Translations under genes and position numbers: made by a program | Notes under the pieces: generated by a model | Seen by the model: only the letters and a program-made list of their open reading frames with translations | What the model was told of the DNA's origin: nothing | The model's database searches: none | NCBI GenBank assembly: GCA_030704615.1 | Contig: CM060734.1 | Location: 8,060,001 to 8,124,000 of the forward strand | Source of the DNA: Takakia lepidozioides | Lineage: Eukaryota > Plantae > Bryophyta | DNA: 64,000 nucleotides | Direction: 5' to 3' | Part shown: positions 62,400 to 64,000 of the stretch, in pieces | Layout of the letters: each line of letters opens with the position of its first letter | How positions within the stretch are numbered: the first letter of the stretch is position 1

Positions 62400-63996
62400 A
62401 CTATGTGCTCTCTACCAAACTCAAACTCCTTGTTAATCTTTGCTCCCACTCTAGACATGCTCATACTTCGACTGTGCCCCATGCCAAAAAATTCATAGAC
62501 AATATACATGCCTCTAAGCCCTCTGTAAAGTTCTTTGGCAGCTGCATAATACAAGCTAGACTACTGCGAACAAAACATTGATCCAATGCCAGCTACACTC
62601 CCAAGTGCGGTACAATACTGCCCCTACCTCATGCCGCATGGAAATTCAATCCAACTATGTTGTACCACTCCACAAGGTCAGCCTCCTCTCTGTTGCTTCC
62701 CCCCCACGGTACGTATTCTCTTCAATCTCATGTACTCAATTTATATCTGCTTCCAACTTATGCTGCTTAATCTACATATACTTCTACTCCCTCTCAGCTT
62801 ACGGTACTCACTTCTACTGCTGCTCAGCCAAGAACTTCATTTGCCAGCAGCTATCTCCCACCAATTATCTTTCCCCATGCTCATCTCTCTCTGCAGGCCC
62901 CTGTGGCCATCTTTATTGCTTCTTTATCCTTACCTGTTCTATACACTGACTGGCCCTCCTGAGCTCTATGTACTATACACAGCAGGCAACTTCCTTACTG
63001 ATACACCTCATGCCATATCCTCACCGCATCACTTACTTCAATGACACAAGTACGCAGCTCGCTTCTCACAATATTACATACATGAAGCCTGCAACCAAAT
63101 GTTTATCTTTTATGCATGACTATAGCTCTTTAACATGTACCCATGCCACTGTTTGTGGCAGATATCTGCCCCCTGCTATTTTTTCTGTTCTCAGGGCTGT
63201 TAATCTGGATTTCATGCCCATGGACGGGTCATCACCTGCCCAACATCCTACTTACTCTATCTGCCCCGAAGCTGTCCCGCCTTCTCGATCACTGCCACCT
63301 ACTAATCTCTGCTGCAGGCAGCTAACTCCCTCCGATCCTACTGGTGCCCCACCAAGGGAAGCCTCGTATCCTCATGCCAATTATGTTGATTGTGTTGTTG
63401 TCCACCCTTGCACTCTTCTTTTGTCACCTACCACTGCCTTCATTCTTGATAGCCAACAGACTGCACTACAATCTTATCAGCTTCCTCATTTCTGGGTTCC
63501 CCCCCACTCCACCAACTTGTTATACTTCCAGCCAGTTGCTCTTCTTATCATAGACGTGATACACAGATTATCTCACTCCACCTTTTTTGCAGATTGGAGA
63601 AGTATCTGCCTGCCGCCTCACAAATGCACAACACTACGCGCTCCCCCGCCCACACCAACCAACTGCGACTTTCATCCATATTCTATCATCCACTACGAGG
63701 GACTCCAGCACACCCACCTCCCTGCTACATATCGCTACCTACGGCTACCCACCCTACGTCACAATTCCATTCTCAGCCTACTAACCCCTCCCCATGGACG
63801 TATCATTTGCAAATACCCCCATCCAAATCTGCCCACAGCTACTTCCATCCGCCCACCCACCATATTTTTGCCCCGTCAAATACTTTACTCCCCTCACCCA
63901 CAATATACCCATGCCTACCCCATTACACACGGTACTTTCCCAGATTGTGGTTACTGCACTCCATATTACATCACTCCGCATATGGAACCTCGCTAA
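62400..63996 (+). pseudogene. C-rich degraded ORF, possibly the C-terminal region of a non-LTR retrotransposon
   Basis: 342-aa open frame (62968-63996) rich in P/H/T/L, with strong strand bias. LRHNSIL and CGYC motifs are weakly reminiscent of LINE C-termini. Confidence 0.25.
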
Positions 63997-64000
63997 TGTT

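Noticed and set aside
1-64000. tRNA, rRNA or bacterial operon/contamination
   Set aside because: None recognised. The only tRNA-related sequence is the 12-nt PBS, and the genes have spliceosomal introns.

Overview
Eukaryotic nuclear DNA from a land plant. A non-seed or bryophyte-grade plant is inferred from the gene and transposon families; the species cannot be fixed from this window. Five apparently intact host genes are present: a mitoferrin-like mitochondrial carrier (+, 3 exons), NF-YC (-, 7 exons), a U-box/ARM E3 ligase of the PUB43/44 type (+, 3 exons), a Yip1-domain protein (+, intronless CDS) and an ataxin-3/Josephin deubiquitinase (-, 3 exons). They sit as islands in a patchwork of decayed transposons: two Ty3/Gypsy lineages, LINEs, hAT, CACTA/En-Spm and a possible Helitron end, plus many short-motif repeat arrays. 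The strongest candidate for something undescribed is at 39.0-41.4 kb. There a spliced gene encodes a ParB/Sulfiredoxin-like domain (YVWDGNHRLLAW), and its 1.23-kb intron holds about 13 copies of a 24-bp palindrome (GTGATGATCGGTACCGATCATCAC) in inverted pairs, reminiscent of a parB-parS arrangement. Also notable are a Gypsy remnant whose RT is fused to what looks like a fragment of a retrotransposon-borne cytosine methyltransferase, and an FCP1/NIF-like pseudo-phosphatase next to a CACTA terminus. All family assignments come from motif recognition by eye; no database searches were run.
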